Below are positions 24,641-39,600 of a stretch of DNA of 64,000 nucleotides, piece by piece. The translations under genes and the position numbers were made by a program. How positions within the stretch are numbered: position 1 is the first letter of the stretch; every line of letters begins with the position of its first letter. This DNA comes from Chrysomallon squamiferum (Eukaryota > Animalia > Mollusca), in assembly GCA_012295275.1 (NCBI GenBank), contig CM022679.1, forward strand, positions 6,572,001-6,636,000, in the 5' to 3' direction. The notes beneath the pieces are model-generated. The model made no database searches. It worked only from the letters and a program-made list of their open reading frames with translations, and was not told the origin of the DNA.

Positions 24641-27600
24641 CTATACCCATATATATACATATACTGATGGAGAGAATATTTATATAGAATTTAATTTAAA
24701 GAACTTACTTTGCTTGTGGTAATGTAATGTAAGCAATGACATCATTGGTAGCTCTTTTTCTCCTTTTTGTGATGAGGTTTGTTCCACATTTTATACTAAC
24801 AACCACATCATCACAGTTTGTCCTTTGGCAAAGATTTGGCCATTTTTTATTCAGCTGCATGATTTTTTTTCTAATTTCCTGTTCCAGAGTTGTCTTAACT
24901 CCTTCACAGTTTGATGTTCCCACAGTGTAAACAAGCTTTATTTTCACTGTTTGCAAATTATTCATTTTTTTGGCTGTAAATATAAATAAATTTTAAAACA
25001 AAATTTTACATATTTCTTCATTTAACCTTCTTTAAATATAATATTAAACCAGAAATCATAATAAGAAACTATAAAAATTTATTTTGTAACATGAAACAGC
25101 AACAGACATACGAAACATCTACTCTTAACACACAAACATACAAATAGACATACAACTCACAAACAAACACAGATCTACACTGATATTGATACACACATAC
25201 TTATAGATTAAAAATATAATTCGAACTTGCCTCCACAAGGTGGCAGTCTAAAATTGATAAACTTTTTTGGTGGGTTCCAACTGCCAATACGATCACATGT
25301 GTATGTTTTTGGAACTGGCCTCACCACAGCTTTGTTATCATTGCAGATGATACTGGTGTGGTAATATTTTTGCTGAGAATTGCCATATGATGCAGTACCC
25401 TGATATGGATCAGGTGGCTTTGGACAATTTCGATCTGTGAATAATTGAACAAAATATGACATATTAGATGCATATATATAGATGCAACATATCAAATGTA
25501 TTTCTGATTCTCACATTCACTAAATTTACACTAACTTTAGTTTAATTATTATTATTATTTGTTTTAGTATTTTGGTATAAGCTGTTTTTATCACAGCTGA
25601 TTTAAAAAAACAAAAAAACAATGATATTATAATTTAAAGAATAAAAAAGAAGATTTTTGCTAAAGATAGAATTCAACTGAATGAGTTTGTAAAAGCTCAT
25701 ACATGATATTCTCAACAGTGTAATCATTTATTTGAAACTGACAAAACTAATTTATAAAAAGAACACTGGATAGAAGTGTTTTCAATAAATTCAGACAGTT
25801 ATATGAAGAGAATAAACTTACACTGTACAAAAATTTTGAAGCTGCAAAGTCCTTTGTTTCCTGCACTGTTCTCAGCTACATACACAACAAGATATTTCCC
25901 CCACAGGAAAGCATCACCTGCAAAAAATAAATTTAAAAAGGGATTTTTGCTTGTTTATGTTGCTATTCAATATTTAATAATGTAAAATAGTGAGTGAAAA
26001 AAGTTAATATATTTACCAGAGCTGTAACTCTTCTTGACAACACTAGCTTCTCCAACAAACTTTGGTTCATTCCATGTAACATATGTGATTCGTGAAGTTC
26101 CCAGTTTCTTGACATCAGATGGACAAAATGTTGGCAAAACCATAATTTTTTCTGTAAATGTTTTAATTATTATTATATTTGTAAAACAAAAATATTTTAA
26201 AAAGCAGGAAAGAATATTATACTTTTATAAATAGTCATAGATGATAAATCAAAAGTAAAAATGAAATAATCTATTTAAAAATTAATGTATTTTTGATGTA
26301 AAAACATTAACATGAGCATTATTAATTACTTAATGAACCACAATAGTTGTATCAAAATAATTAACCATATTTTAAAAAGTCAGCAGCAGTTTTGGAGGTT
26401 TTTTTCACACAATGATAAGGAATAGATTTTCAGAAGTTAGTCATCTTACGTGGGTTTGCTTGTTTGCAGGCTGGTGCTACTGAAAAACCTCGTGGACAGG
26501 ATTCATAGGGCTTTTTAACTGTAGAAGGAATAATCATCTTTACCCCAGCTGAACGTACAAATTCATTCCAAACAAAGATGTAATCTTTAAACAATTTTTG
26601 TGGAAAGTCTACAGATTCCTGAACTTCTGTACTGAAATCGAGGACACGATTATAAATCACTAGCTGGCTTATCCAACCGTTGAATCCTTCATTAGTTACT
26701 GGTTTTTCTATAGCTGGGTCGTACTTGCTCCCTAAAACAAGCCACACACTGAAAATAGAAAATAATAATATTAAACATTATTTCAAGTTATAATGTCTTT
26801 ATTTGCAAAGAAATTAATGGTATATTCACTGGTTATATGACATCTGAAAATGACCTAAAAATTATGGATGCTACTTACTGCTTATATTAATACAAAATGT
26901 GTATAACTGAACTAAGCTATTAGATCATATTTAAAATTGTGTCTAAAAATTTATATAATTTTAAAATCGTTTTAAAAACTCAAAATTTTCTCAGAGAAAT
27001 AAGTTTTAAAAATATGTCTAGTCATACAAGAAAAGAACAGATTAATCTGAAATATTTACCTCTATAAAGTAAGGAAATATGACAAATAAAAAAGAACTTC
27101 AAAAAGTTTATTAGTTAGTTTTAGAAATAAAGTACATTTAGTATCTCAGTTTTAACACTTTGTTTTCCTCCTTAGATTCCTTATACAGTATTTCATCTTT
27201 TCAGTGAAATTTCAGGAACTTGGCTTATAACAGTAAATAATAATAATAATAATAATTTAAAAAAAACAAGTGTAATTTTGTTATCAAAAATTAAAACAGT
27301 TTTATCCCCAGTGATTTATTGTTTTTCATTTTGTAATGATTATGATGACTAATTAAAGGTAATTAATAATTTTCTCCTATTAACCTGTAACTATAATACT
27401 TGGCACTATTTCACTAAACTTTAATGATTTCAGATCCAAAATATAAATAAATAAATAAATTAAAAACATTCTCTGTTTTTTTTTTTTTTTTTTTTTTTAT
27501 TAATAATGGAAATGACATTTATTTAATTATATAATGTAATACAGGAGAATTTGTTTATGTCTGCTTGAGGTTAAACAGCCATTTTATTATTTGTTAAATT

Positions 27601-30600
27601 AAAATAAAATAAAAATAAACAGCTCTTGAAACAAAATATTGACTTGTTCAGATGAATGACTAATTCTGAAACTCTTCACAGTTTGTCATTAATTCTTTTA
27701 TTCTCCATTCCAAACATTATGTCTAATTTCCAAGTCATACACACTTAGAACATATAGAATCTGTTTAACAGTTCTACACATTTAATTATTGATATATATT
27801 CATAATCTTTAAACTTTCTTGTTTAATGATGAAAACTAAATTTTAAATCAATTTTAAAAACAAGTTTCTTCAAGATATAGCTAGTCTGATCAAACACTGC
27901 TACTTATCAACATTACAGATTAATGGGGAAAATGCTCCTGTTTCATTTCCTCTGTAGAAGAAAATAATTACTTATGTCATGATTACTCTGTTTGTCCTCC
28001 ATCAACTATTCAGAGGTATTAATAAATTAATGTCACACTTACTTTTCATCAAGAGTTACATCCTTTGCATAACTCTTGATGGGACTGCGATTAATACTGT
28101 TTACTATGAAGTTTAGTTTTCCTGTTGTGCTGTCCCAGTTGATGATAATGTTGTTCCATCGTCCATCATTGTATTTGTAGTATGGAAAATCAAAAAAGGT
28201 ATTACTGCCATTAAAGTCAATGTAGAGACCTTTTTCATCAACACGCAGGAGTTCTTTCTTTCCACTCAAAGAATTTGGTTTTCTGTCAAAATAATCATAA
28301 ATAAATTTGATATATCAATGGTTAAGAAAAATATATAACTTGAATAATTTTGTTCAAGTATCCAATTAATATTAATTTTAAAAAATCAATCTAAAATTTC
28401 ATTTTAGAATATTGTTTACTGTCTGAAAATTAACTTAAATCAGGTAAAAATATAATGTAATTGTTAGAATTTTTATAGGTAAAATAACATGTTTTGTGAA
28501 AATGAAAAGTCTGGTTCATTTTGGTTTAACATTAAAAGTCAGCATTTATAATAAATATTCACATTATAGTGCTACAAACTGTTTTAAAAATATGATGTAA
28601 AGGTGTGTTTTTGTCATTATTTGTCAGTGTTGGATGAACATTATTTTGTAATCTTTAATGAAATTCACAGATACAACCATAAGGCTGAAACCATTCCTTT
28701 GGTTTTCTCACTAGTTATAAAATAATAAATAAGACTTTAATAGATATATATGTGTTAAAAACTGATAGCAATAAAATGAAATTAAAAGCAAAAACTTACG
28801 CAACAGAAAACATGCTGAAAAAGGTGCCTTTTCCATCTTTTTCCCAGAATCTGACCCAAATGCTAATAGTCAGCTGAGTGACTTTCAGTTGAATTGGATG
28901 TGGTAATGATGCCATGTTTGTTTTTTGTGGCAACTCAAACAGTAAGTCATAATTTCGGTTGACATCTGTAGAAGAAAAGGAAGATAAAAGGGTTTAATAA
29001 TTATTACCTTTCAGAGATAAAAATTTATACTCACTTGCTGTTTAGATCCATTCATATTTGTTAGTATAGAAAGTATAATAAGGTAGTAGTAATTTGATAT
29101 TATGCTTTAAATGAAAATATCAGACTTTTTGATCAGAGAACTCTTTTGTAGTAAAACAAGTAAATTTATTTTACTATGAGATTTTGTTTTTGTTTATCAT
29201 TATTTTCAAATTCTCATAATTATTATTATTTTTGTTGGTGATTTTAACCTTTTGAACATGACTCTCCAGTTTTTCCAACTGGACATCTACAAAAGTATTC
29301 ATTGACACCATCAATGCAACTTCCACCAGGACATGATACACCAGCACAGTTGTCAACATTATTTTCACAGTTCTTGCCATCATAACCTGAAATAAAAATA
29401 CCAGAAATAAACATCATTTCTCTAAAACAAAATTCATTATAATAAATGAAAATAATATTTAATATTCTTCAAACAATAAATGTGAACTCCATTGAATTCA
29501 ACAGTAGACTGATAAATGTAAATTGATCCAACGTTTCATACATTTCTCAATATGTTAAAAAATATATTATAAATTTCTTACAAAAACTACTCTAAATTAA
29601 ATACTAAAATTAATAATATTAATAATAATAATAAAAAAGTTAGGTGATTACCATTAGATCTAATCATATAAATACATATTTGGATTTGTTATATTGAAAT
29701 CTGTTGATAATGAAAATGAACAAATTAAAATATTAACATTCCTACTGACAAACTGTTTCAAACTCGTACGTTTATCTTTGTTCACAAACCTGGTGTGCAG
29801 GCACATGTGTAGTCATTGGTTGCTGTTTGAGTACAGGTTGCACCATTTTTACATGTGTTACTTTTACAATGGTCAACACGTAACTCACACCCATCACCTT
29901 CAAAATCTGGAAAACAAAATCACAAATGTTTGTATCCTGCTAATAGTCTACTTAACAGGTAAAAATAGTTTGGATTTTTTATTAAAATACTGCCAAAATA
30001 CTATTATAATTCTTGTTTGTTAAAATGCAATTTTTTTTAAATCTTTCAATTGTTCCAAAAATGAATATTTTTTTATGTCTATTTTGTTTTGGAAGGAAGT
30101 ATGTATATATCTACACAGGTTTGTGTTTGTAAGTATATATGGTTATGTGGATGAGTATAAAAGACATTATGGCTGTATTACAAAACAAACTGGTTAATAA
30201 AAAATAAACATGCAATTATTATATTAAACAGTGTAAATAATTACAAACCTTCTGTACAGTAGCAGCTGGCTGTACCCGCAGTCTCATTGCAGTAGTTCAT
30301 GTGTTGACAAGGGTTGGCATTTGCACAGATACTAGGATTGCTTTCACATGTTTTACCGTATGTGTTAGCTTTACACCTGAAATAAAAACAAAATTCAAAT
30401 AAATGGTAATGGGAACAAAATGAAATCTAATGCAAAAAAAATGTATTATCTATTTTTAGTAAATTAATTTAAAATAAGTAAGCAAGTTACAGAAATCAGG
30501 GTGACCTTTTGAAAATAATTAATTCCACAGTCAAAAATAAATTAAACTAATATAATTATGAGCATATTTTTAATGAACTGATAAATTATCTTGTTTTATA

Positions 30601-33600
30601 TCTTATTAAGTTTACACGTTTTGATAATAAATGTATTATATTTCTATCAAGTGATAGACATTGTTTAAACAGTCTTGTTAAGTACGTACTTGCAGAAGAA
30701 ATCATTAAATAGGTTGAAACATTTTGCATTGTTGTTACAGGTTGCAGGATTACACAGTTTTACAATGTCATTACAAGACTTCAGATTCTTCCATCCATCT
30801 GGACACTGACATGTGTATGTACCTGGAACATTTTTACACTGACCACCATGAAGACATGGTTCACCAAGACTACATTCATCAACATCAGTCTGAAGTAGAA
30901 CAATAGTATTATATTTAAAATACTTTTTCTAATATCACTACTATTCATAATTAGAAATAAATGTAAATCTTGAGAACAATTGATTCATTTGTTATTTTGT
31001 AACGATATTAAATATATATATATACTTAGAAAAGAGAAAATACTGAAATGTGAAAGTACATGAAAATTTGGAAATCAATTGCTGTGTTTAAAAATTCAAA
31101 GTAAATACAATTCAAAATTAACTGTAATTAAAAAAAAAAAAAATTAAAATGTAGTATCAGAAAAACTTGTCTGATTGTGTAAAACAATATATTCTCAGTG
31201 ACATTTTCTGTAAAACTATTAATCATGTGTAAAAATATATTTTATTATTATTGATGTATAGATAATAGATATAGATAGATAGATAGATGATACCAACACA
31301 AAAAATAAAATAAGATAAAATGAAATAATAAAAAATAACGTCAACTAGCTAATTCATGTAACTTTAATAGTATTAAAATTATCATTAAAATATAATAATT
31401 TAAAATAAAAACACTGAAGAACACCTGAAGTTTTAGAAAATAAATCTAATATTCTAATAAAATCATACCTCACAATTCTGACCTGTCCAGCCTTTTGGAC
31501 AGTCACATTCATACCCATTAATACCATCTTGACACTTTCCTGAATTCTTGCAAGGATTTGGTTTGCAATCATCAATGTTAATCTCACAGTTTGTGCCTAA
31601 AAGTATTATGACATGGTAAGATTTATTTGTTGTTACCCAAACATGTTTTAAAATAATATATTTTTTGTTTAAAATCAGAAGAGGATAATTTGTCAGGTTA
31701 ACAAATTATTAGTATTTTGTATATATTACAGGACAAAAAAAAAAAATCTATGTAATGGCACAATTAATTTGATAATAATCAATGAATATTTTGACAAGAT
31801 CTACAGGACAACTGGATAATGTTTGTTGCTTTAGCAGGCCAAAAATGAATATATGTCATTATATTAATGGGTTTTTTTTAAATGGAATGAGTGTTTTGGC
31901 TTAGTCACAGAAAAATATTGGAACTGTTTGTAAGTTGAAATGTTTTTACAGGCAAACATTCATATCTGATTCTGAATGACTGTTTTTGATAATTTTTCAC
32001 ACCTGAAATTTAGTTTTTTTTTGCTTTATACAATATTATCTTTTCTTGATTTACCCTTGATTTTTTTTAGATTAGTCATTTTATAGAGAAAAAGCCTTAA
32101 TTTTGACAAATTAGACTATTAACATTTATTAGTAACATACCAGTAAAACCATCAGCACATTTACAAATATAGTCAGAAAGTCTGTCTTCACAAGTTCCAC
32201 CATTTAGACAGGGTTTCGATGCACAGTAGTCAATGTCATGTTGACACAGGGAGCCTTGGTATCCTGTGTTACATGAGCATGAGAAACCATCAACTTTTTC
32301 CTGACAGGTTCCATGTTGGCAAGGACTGCTTTGACAGTAAGCTGGTTGAGTGCAAGTATTTTCAGTGAATACTGAAACAAATTTTAAATGAAATCAATGG
32401 AATTTTATTAAGAGATATTTTCTGCTGCTAATGAAAAAACATTAAGACAAGCCCAAAGACAGTTATTAGGCCAAAGTTGCCATTTTACAAATGTTAGTTA
32501 TGCAATCATTTTCTTTCCTGTTATATAAAAACTGTTTTTTTCTTAACACTTAATAGCTGTTAATATTAAAATGTTGTCATTTCATTTTTTATTTTTAATT
32601 ATATTTTTAACTAAAGACATATTTCAAGGATGAATAGGATGATTTTGTTTAGAATTTTGCAATAAATTCAGTAAAGCATATAACTGAAGCATATAATTTA
32701 ACTTTGAATAAATAATAATAATAATAATAACAACTACAAAAAATATATCTAATACAAATCTGATTGTCTGATTCTACATACCTCGACTGACAGCACATTT
32801 GAAACGGATTTCATAATCTTCACACTGTTTATCAGTTTGATCTTTATTGTTGCAAGTCAGTCCAGTGGCCACTGAGCAGGTAATAGTCTCGTTTGGAGGC
32901 GGTTTGTTGGTCACATCTCTGCACTCAACATTAACAGGATCAGTTCCTTTACAAATCGCAATACCAACCTGAAGCAGAAATTTAAAATACAATTCTGGGA
33001 TAGGATAAAGCTGACATCCTTCATCTTTAATAGTTTATTACTTTTATATGGAAAGGAGCAAATAAAATATCCCTTGCTGCTTAATGAAAAAATAATAGTC
33101 CTTTGTGTTACAGCAGTGTAATTCCTCTCTCAGTCATTGTATGAATATAAACATGTGCATGACATCATTCACAACAAGATTACAAATGTGTTGAGTACAT
33201 TGTTAAATAACACATTTTTTCTTTGTCATTACAGTTTCAGAAAGTAGCACCACATTTACAACCACAGTGATCTGAACTGTGGTAATAAATAATGTTACTT
33301 CTACTGTCACTTAGAACTGAACTAATCATACTACTGGTTAGATAATGTATGATATTTCATAAATAATGTTATTATCACAAACAATCTACTGTTAAAAAAT
33401 GTATACTATTTCATAAATAATGTTATTATCACAAACAATCTACTGGTTATCAAATATATAATATTTCATAAATAATCCTATTACCATAAACAATCTATTA
33501 ACAAATGTATAATATTTCATTAAAAATGTTGTTACCACAAATTTGGATTGAAATGTTAGGTGCAATTATTTTTCAGTAACTGCAATATTTCTGCTCTGAC

Positions 33601-36600
33601 TAGAGACAATATCTAACGTGACTCATTTTGAGTACATCATCTTTTTACATTATTTTTATTCCTATATCAAACTCTGATCTGCATCAGTGATACTGATATT
33701 TACAAGAGAAATACTTTAATTAACCACAAAACATGTAAATAAAAACTTATGTTAAAAACAAATACATACCCGTCTATTAAAGTAGGATAAACAACACTTT
33801 TTCATGTAAAATTTCTATTTATTTAACAATTTTTTTTTATATTAAAATTTAAAAAAATATTGCTTGTGATTTGAAATTTCTTATATGTTACAAAATCATT
33901 AATGATTACTGTATTTATATATTATCAAAGTCATTAATAATATACAAAAACAAAAATTGCAATACATGTGTAAGCATTCAAACCATTATTTACTCTTCCT
34001 GTTTTATTATAAACTTTCTAGTTTTTCTTTGTGTTCACGTTTAAAACAACTATTGTAAATTACCTGATTTCTAATCAAAAAGCATTTTATTTAAATAAAA
34101 TCTTGTGATATAAAAGTCATTCTGGATTATATCTTATGAAACTGTTAATTAATGAAGGAGCATTATAGTATGTTATAGGCAATGAATATAATCAAGCAAT
34201 TTGATTAGTCTTTCATTTTATTTGAGTAACCTTGAAGGCATATGTAAATGTGTAAGACAATATTTTATACAAGAAGCAATTTTCTATATTATATCTGGAT
34301 ATTATATATGTTATTGTCTGAGATTACATTAAAAAAACAAAAAACAACAAACAACCCCAAAACAAACAGAAAAAACAATCACAACAAAACAAGAATATAT
34401 TTCAATATCAAATGAGACACGCACTGCATGGTGATATTTTATATTCAGTAAGCATGTTAGTATATATAAATACTAACTTCTTATACTGCATAAAGATATC
34501 TTTAAACGTTTATGTTGGGATTAAATTCTAAATAATGACTTACCTCTAATAAAGTGTCATTATTTTCTTCATCTTTTGAATTTATATCAGTTGTAGGTTT
34601 CTTTGTATTATACCATGGAGTCCAAAAATCATCTACAGAAATAAAATAATCCAGACTGCTATAATGACAAATTTACAATTATTTTTTGTGAATATTATTC
34701 TTTCTGCATCATTCTAGATTCATTTGTATGTTTTCTTTTATGCCCAATGCATTTGTAATAAAAGTGTCCTAAAAATTCTTTTAAAACCTTTTTCTATTGA
34801 AAGATTCCATAACAGAATTTTTAAAATTTTTCTATGCATTGTTTATATTTAAATATAATAAGTAGAATATTTTAAACTTGATCTAATCACAAAGTTTAAT
34901 GACAGTAACACATAAGATTAAAAATCAGTTTGAAATATGTATCTTGAAAACAATTCTAGATGAAATAAAAAATAAAGAAAAACTTCAATGGTCAGTACAT
35001 CTGAAAACTAAAAAATACCATATATATGATTTAATCAGTGTTGTAAAATAATTCTAAAATATCCATCTGTGTGTATGATAAATACAGACTAAATATGTGC
35101 TGATATATTCAAGTATGTGATATAAAACTGACTTTTCGTTTAGTGTATAAAACTGACAATGCATAAAAGATATACAGTACATTAGCCTTTGTATTACCTG
35201 ACAGATCTTTACAGGTTTTTATGTAGTAGTTGGTGCTTTCTGAGTCAGTCAGATTTGTGGTTGCTCGTCCATGTAACTCACAGTCATTACTTGTAGCGTT
35301 GAAAGTAAAAGCTTTGCAGTCAAATTTTCCTTCACAGATATTTAGACATTCCTTGGCAGTTTTGTTACTGTAGGACTTTATTACTGATGATGAAGTCATC
35401 TGCTTCTTAACCATTATGTCATACTGACAGAACTTTCCTGCAACATTTAAAGTGAATAACTCTGTAATTAATATAAGCACAAATATAATGTACATCTGTA
35501 ATAACACAATAACAGTAACAATAATAATGATAACAATTATAATTTGTTTTATAATACACACTGATAATAATAATTTAATTTTGTTTTTAATCTATTTATT
35601 CCCTGGTGTTTCTGCTACTTAATTATTCTAAAAGGTGTTCTTGAAACACATGAAAAAAATTAAAGGTTTAATGAAACAGATTTTAAAATGTAATTGACAT
35701 TATAATCCAGTAAAGTAGCTACATCCTGAAAGTGGCACAGTTGTCCAATCAACAGAACTGTAACAAGCTACCATCTATTATCATTTTCATTTTAAATCTT
35801 TTCTGAATCCAAACTGTCATCAAAGTTATCTCAGAATTACAGTATCTTCTACACAATGACATTTTCCATTTTAATAATGATAATGTTTTTGTTTAATTAA
35901 TTATGTAACTTTTATGTTTTACATTCACATTCTGCTAAATCTCTTTTGACCTTGAAATTATAGCAATCAAAATAAGATTAAAATTAAAACAAAAAGTAAT
36001 AAATTAAAACGTAAATATATAATTTACCATAGAGCATTCCAGCATTGCAAACACACTGGTATGTGTTGTGAATGTGGTCTGCCACACACTGCCCAGGTCC
36101 ACACTGCACACCAAGACACTGCTGAGGAGGATTCTCACACTGCTGTCCAGTGTAGCCAGATGGACAAGTACATTCAAAACCAAGATGTTTATCTTTACAC
36201 GTGCCTTGATAATAACAAGGATTTGATTCACAGTCATCTGTTGTGAGAAAAACGAATAAATTTGTTTTACAAGACTCTTTTTGAATGTGGTATATTGTGT
36301 ATTTAATATTTATGAATAGTAATAATGCCAGCTGTGAGATTAGCTTATTTATAGAATTGTATTATGAAAAAGAATTTTTTTTAATTTTTTTTTTTTAATT
36401 TAATAACTGATAATGATAAATAACTACAACAAAATGAACTGGTTGCTTTTTCTTTCTTGCTGAAATTGTTGGCTAATAAATTAACCTATTTCCTGTGAGC
36501 AGTCTTCTGCAGTGTAACCAGCCTGACACAGACATTTTCTGCGGATGTTTCCCAAGGGTACACAAATAGCACCATTCTTGCAAGGATGAGTTGTACAGAC

Positions 36601-39600
36601 AGGTTCAACAGTTGAACAGCTGAAAAAAAGTTACAAACAAAAAATGTAATTTAAGAACAATCCTGTTTCATAAACGTGTTTGTAAAATGTTATTGAAATA
36701 TCAAAACTGTGTGAAAGATTTTTTTTATTAATTTATATTGTTTGAATCAATTCTGGCAAATAAATATTTTACTTTAAAATCCGTAACTTCTCAGAGATAT
36801 TAATTCAATTATGTTTTCAAGGTCACTTAATAATTATGTTTTTCATATTATAATAGATTTGTCAACAGAGCAAAAGTTTATATTACTTTAGCATGGTATG
36901 CTAACTTTTGAAAAATCACCAATGGTAATAATAATGTGTTTGTGCTAAATAATGAGACATGCAGGTTAAACTTACATTTTTTAAATTTTTTTAAAAATAA
37001 ATATTCACTGCGAATCATTAAAAGAATGTTCTAATCAAAAGAAATTCTAGTACAAATTCCTGAATAAAAAAAAATAAAATATGCAGTTTAGTGGTTGTCA
37101 CTGTAAAATTTAAATTCAGTTAAAATGCTCACATGTTAAACAGGTATTTTATTTGCTTCTCCCATGTAAAACTACTAACTTCTTATATAGAATTTTATAA
37201 AGAATCATTAAATATTGATTAATATATATTTTTTTAAATTTAGACTTTTCAAGCATATTGTACAAAATATTGAGACAAAAAGAATGGGTATAATGTAATA
37301 AGACAAACAGAAACAAACAAACAAACACACACAAAATGTTCCAGGAATTATTTTAAATGGTAAATTATTCTGTTACCCTAAAAACAAAAAACACTGCAGA
37401 GATATTTTAGACAAGTGATTTAAAAGACAACAGAACAAAATACAAAACTGAAAGAGCAATCAGAAATGAAATAAACAAACAAAAATATTTATAAATAAAA
37501 AATAAAATAAAATAAAAGTGAGAAATGAAAAAGTAGTAAGTCCACACATGACATTAAAAATTAGAACATCACAGAGTAAATACTTTGGGCTGAATGTCTC
37601 ATTACAAAAATTAGGACAATCAAAATTTGAAGGACTTACTTAATTTAAATAATTTTTTATATAAATATTTAATCAAGTTTAATGTTGAGTTATTTATTAT
37701 GTAATGAACTGTCAGGTACTGTGCATGGTGAAAACCATTTAAGTAAGAATCTGATTAAAATTAAAAATCGTAAATAGGCAGAAGTTGTTTTTTTAACTGG
37801 ACAAAACTGTTAATAACTTATGACAAATAAAATCTGATAGCTATAAGAACTGCATAAGTTAAGAATATTTTTCATTGATGTGTACTTGACTAAACAAATA
37901 TAAAAAATAAAAAATAAAACACTTAGGTACTAGTAATTATTTTCCACACCAATTAAACACCGATTATTGATAGACCAAAAATAATTTATTAAAAAAGCAA
38001 TCACTGCCACAAACCTGGAAGATAATAGCAGTTTTTGAAAACAAAAATTTTATTATTAATATTACTTTAGATTTACACAACATGGATTCTTGATTGGAAA
38101 CAGATCACATGGAATACATACATGCAATTTATATTCATGTTTAATTTGTAACTGTTTGCTTTTGTTTCTAACTCATTTAAATTAAAACAAAATAATAGTC
38201 TTTGTTTCATATTATTTTACAAAATTAAAGAAAACATTTCTTGACTTTACTCATTTTGATGAAACATTTATTGTTTCATTAAACTAATTTAATTTTATTA
38301 ATAAACTTCAAAAGTAATATTTTCATTTTTATAATTATATATTAGCTAATAAGAAATAAAAATAATGAACTNNNNNNNNNNNNNNNNNNNNNNNNNNNNN
38401 NNNNNNNNNNNNNNNNNNNNNNNNNNNNNNNNNNNNNNNNNNNNNNNNNNNNNNNNNNNNNNNNNNNNNNNNNNNNNNNNNNNNNNNNNNNNNNNNNNNN
38501 NNNNNNNNNNNNNNNNNNNNNNNNNNNNNNNNNNNNNNNNNNNNNNNNNNNNNNNNNNNNNNNNNNNNNNNTAAAATAATAATTCAAGATACAAACCCAA
38601 TTTTTTTTTTAATTAGTTATCAAAAGAAAACATTTTAATTTTATGATTTTGGTGGAAGTATGGATTGGGAACAATAGTTTGATATAATTACAGAAGATAA
38701 TTTTCTTTACAAGAATTTTACAACACAATGTTTACATGTACCATTTACAAAGAACTGAACCTGACAAAGGCCAGACATTAAAACACATGACAACAATAAA
38801 CAAATAAAGCACAAAACAAATTATAATGACACAAATTTTTTACACTCATGAGTGTATTTTTCTGTTTACTGATTAATATCTTGACATGTATATATTAGTG
38901 AATGAGAGATAAAAACCCGATATATATAAAATTTACAATATCCTCCAGAACTCCAGATGAAATAGCAGAATAAGCTGTTATAGTTAATGTAATTACCAAT
39001 CCAGAATTTAGTCTTTCCTTTTGAGTCAGCAAATTTGCCAACATCTTCAGTTTCATAATAATCAGTAACTGTTGCCAGTTCAGATCCATAGCTAAAGTAG
39101 AGAGAAAAAACAAATAATAATAAGAAAAAATTACAACAAAAGTACACCACAATACAGCTACCATTTTTGTATTTATTTTTTTTATTTTAAATTTTGTTTT
39201 GAATTATATTAGTAAAAAAAATTAAAACTATAATTAAATGGAGAAAAACAAGTCTGATCATATTCAGAAAAAAATGAAGAAAAAAGTAAAGATGTTTGTA
39301 TTAAAATTAGAGGTTTAGAAAACAGTGCAATGAAATTATCAATTTGGAAAATTAGTTTCTCAGATTTCATTATTTTTGAGTTGACTAATTCAATGAAGAA
39401 AAACAAAAAAGAATTCCAATATTGTTATTGTCCAAAATGCACTCTTTGATTTAAAGAGATTCACTGTACCTGTTTACCTGTTTACCTGTTTTAAATGTAA
39501 TTAACATCATCACTCAGTTCTATCTCTCTGTCTATCTCTCTATCTATCTAACTACCTATCTAACTATACATCTATTTAATAATTCTATATGCATATATGT

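Noticed and set aside
33330-33541. Regularly spaced repeats as a CRISPR-like array
   Set aside because: This is a head-to-tail minisatellite with no unique spacers, in a eukaryotic intron with no cas genes.
38064-38155. Cys-rich reading LHVCIPCDLFPIKNPCC near the gap
   Set aside because: It does not fit a CTL, LDLa or EGF pattern and has weak splice signals.
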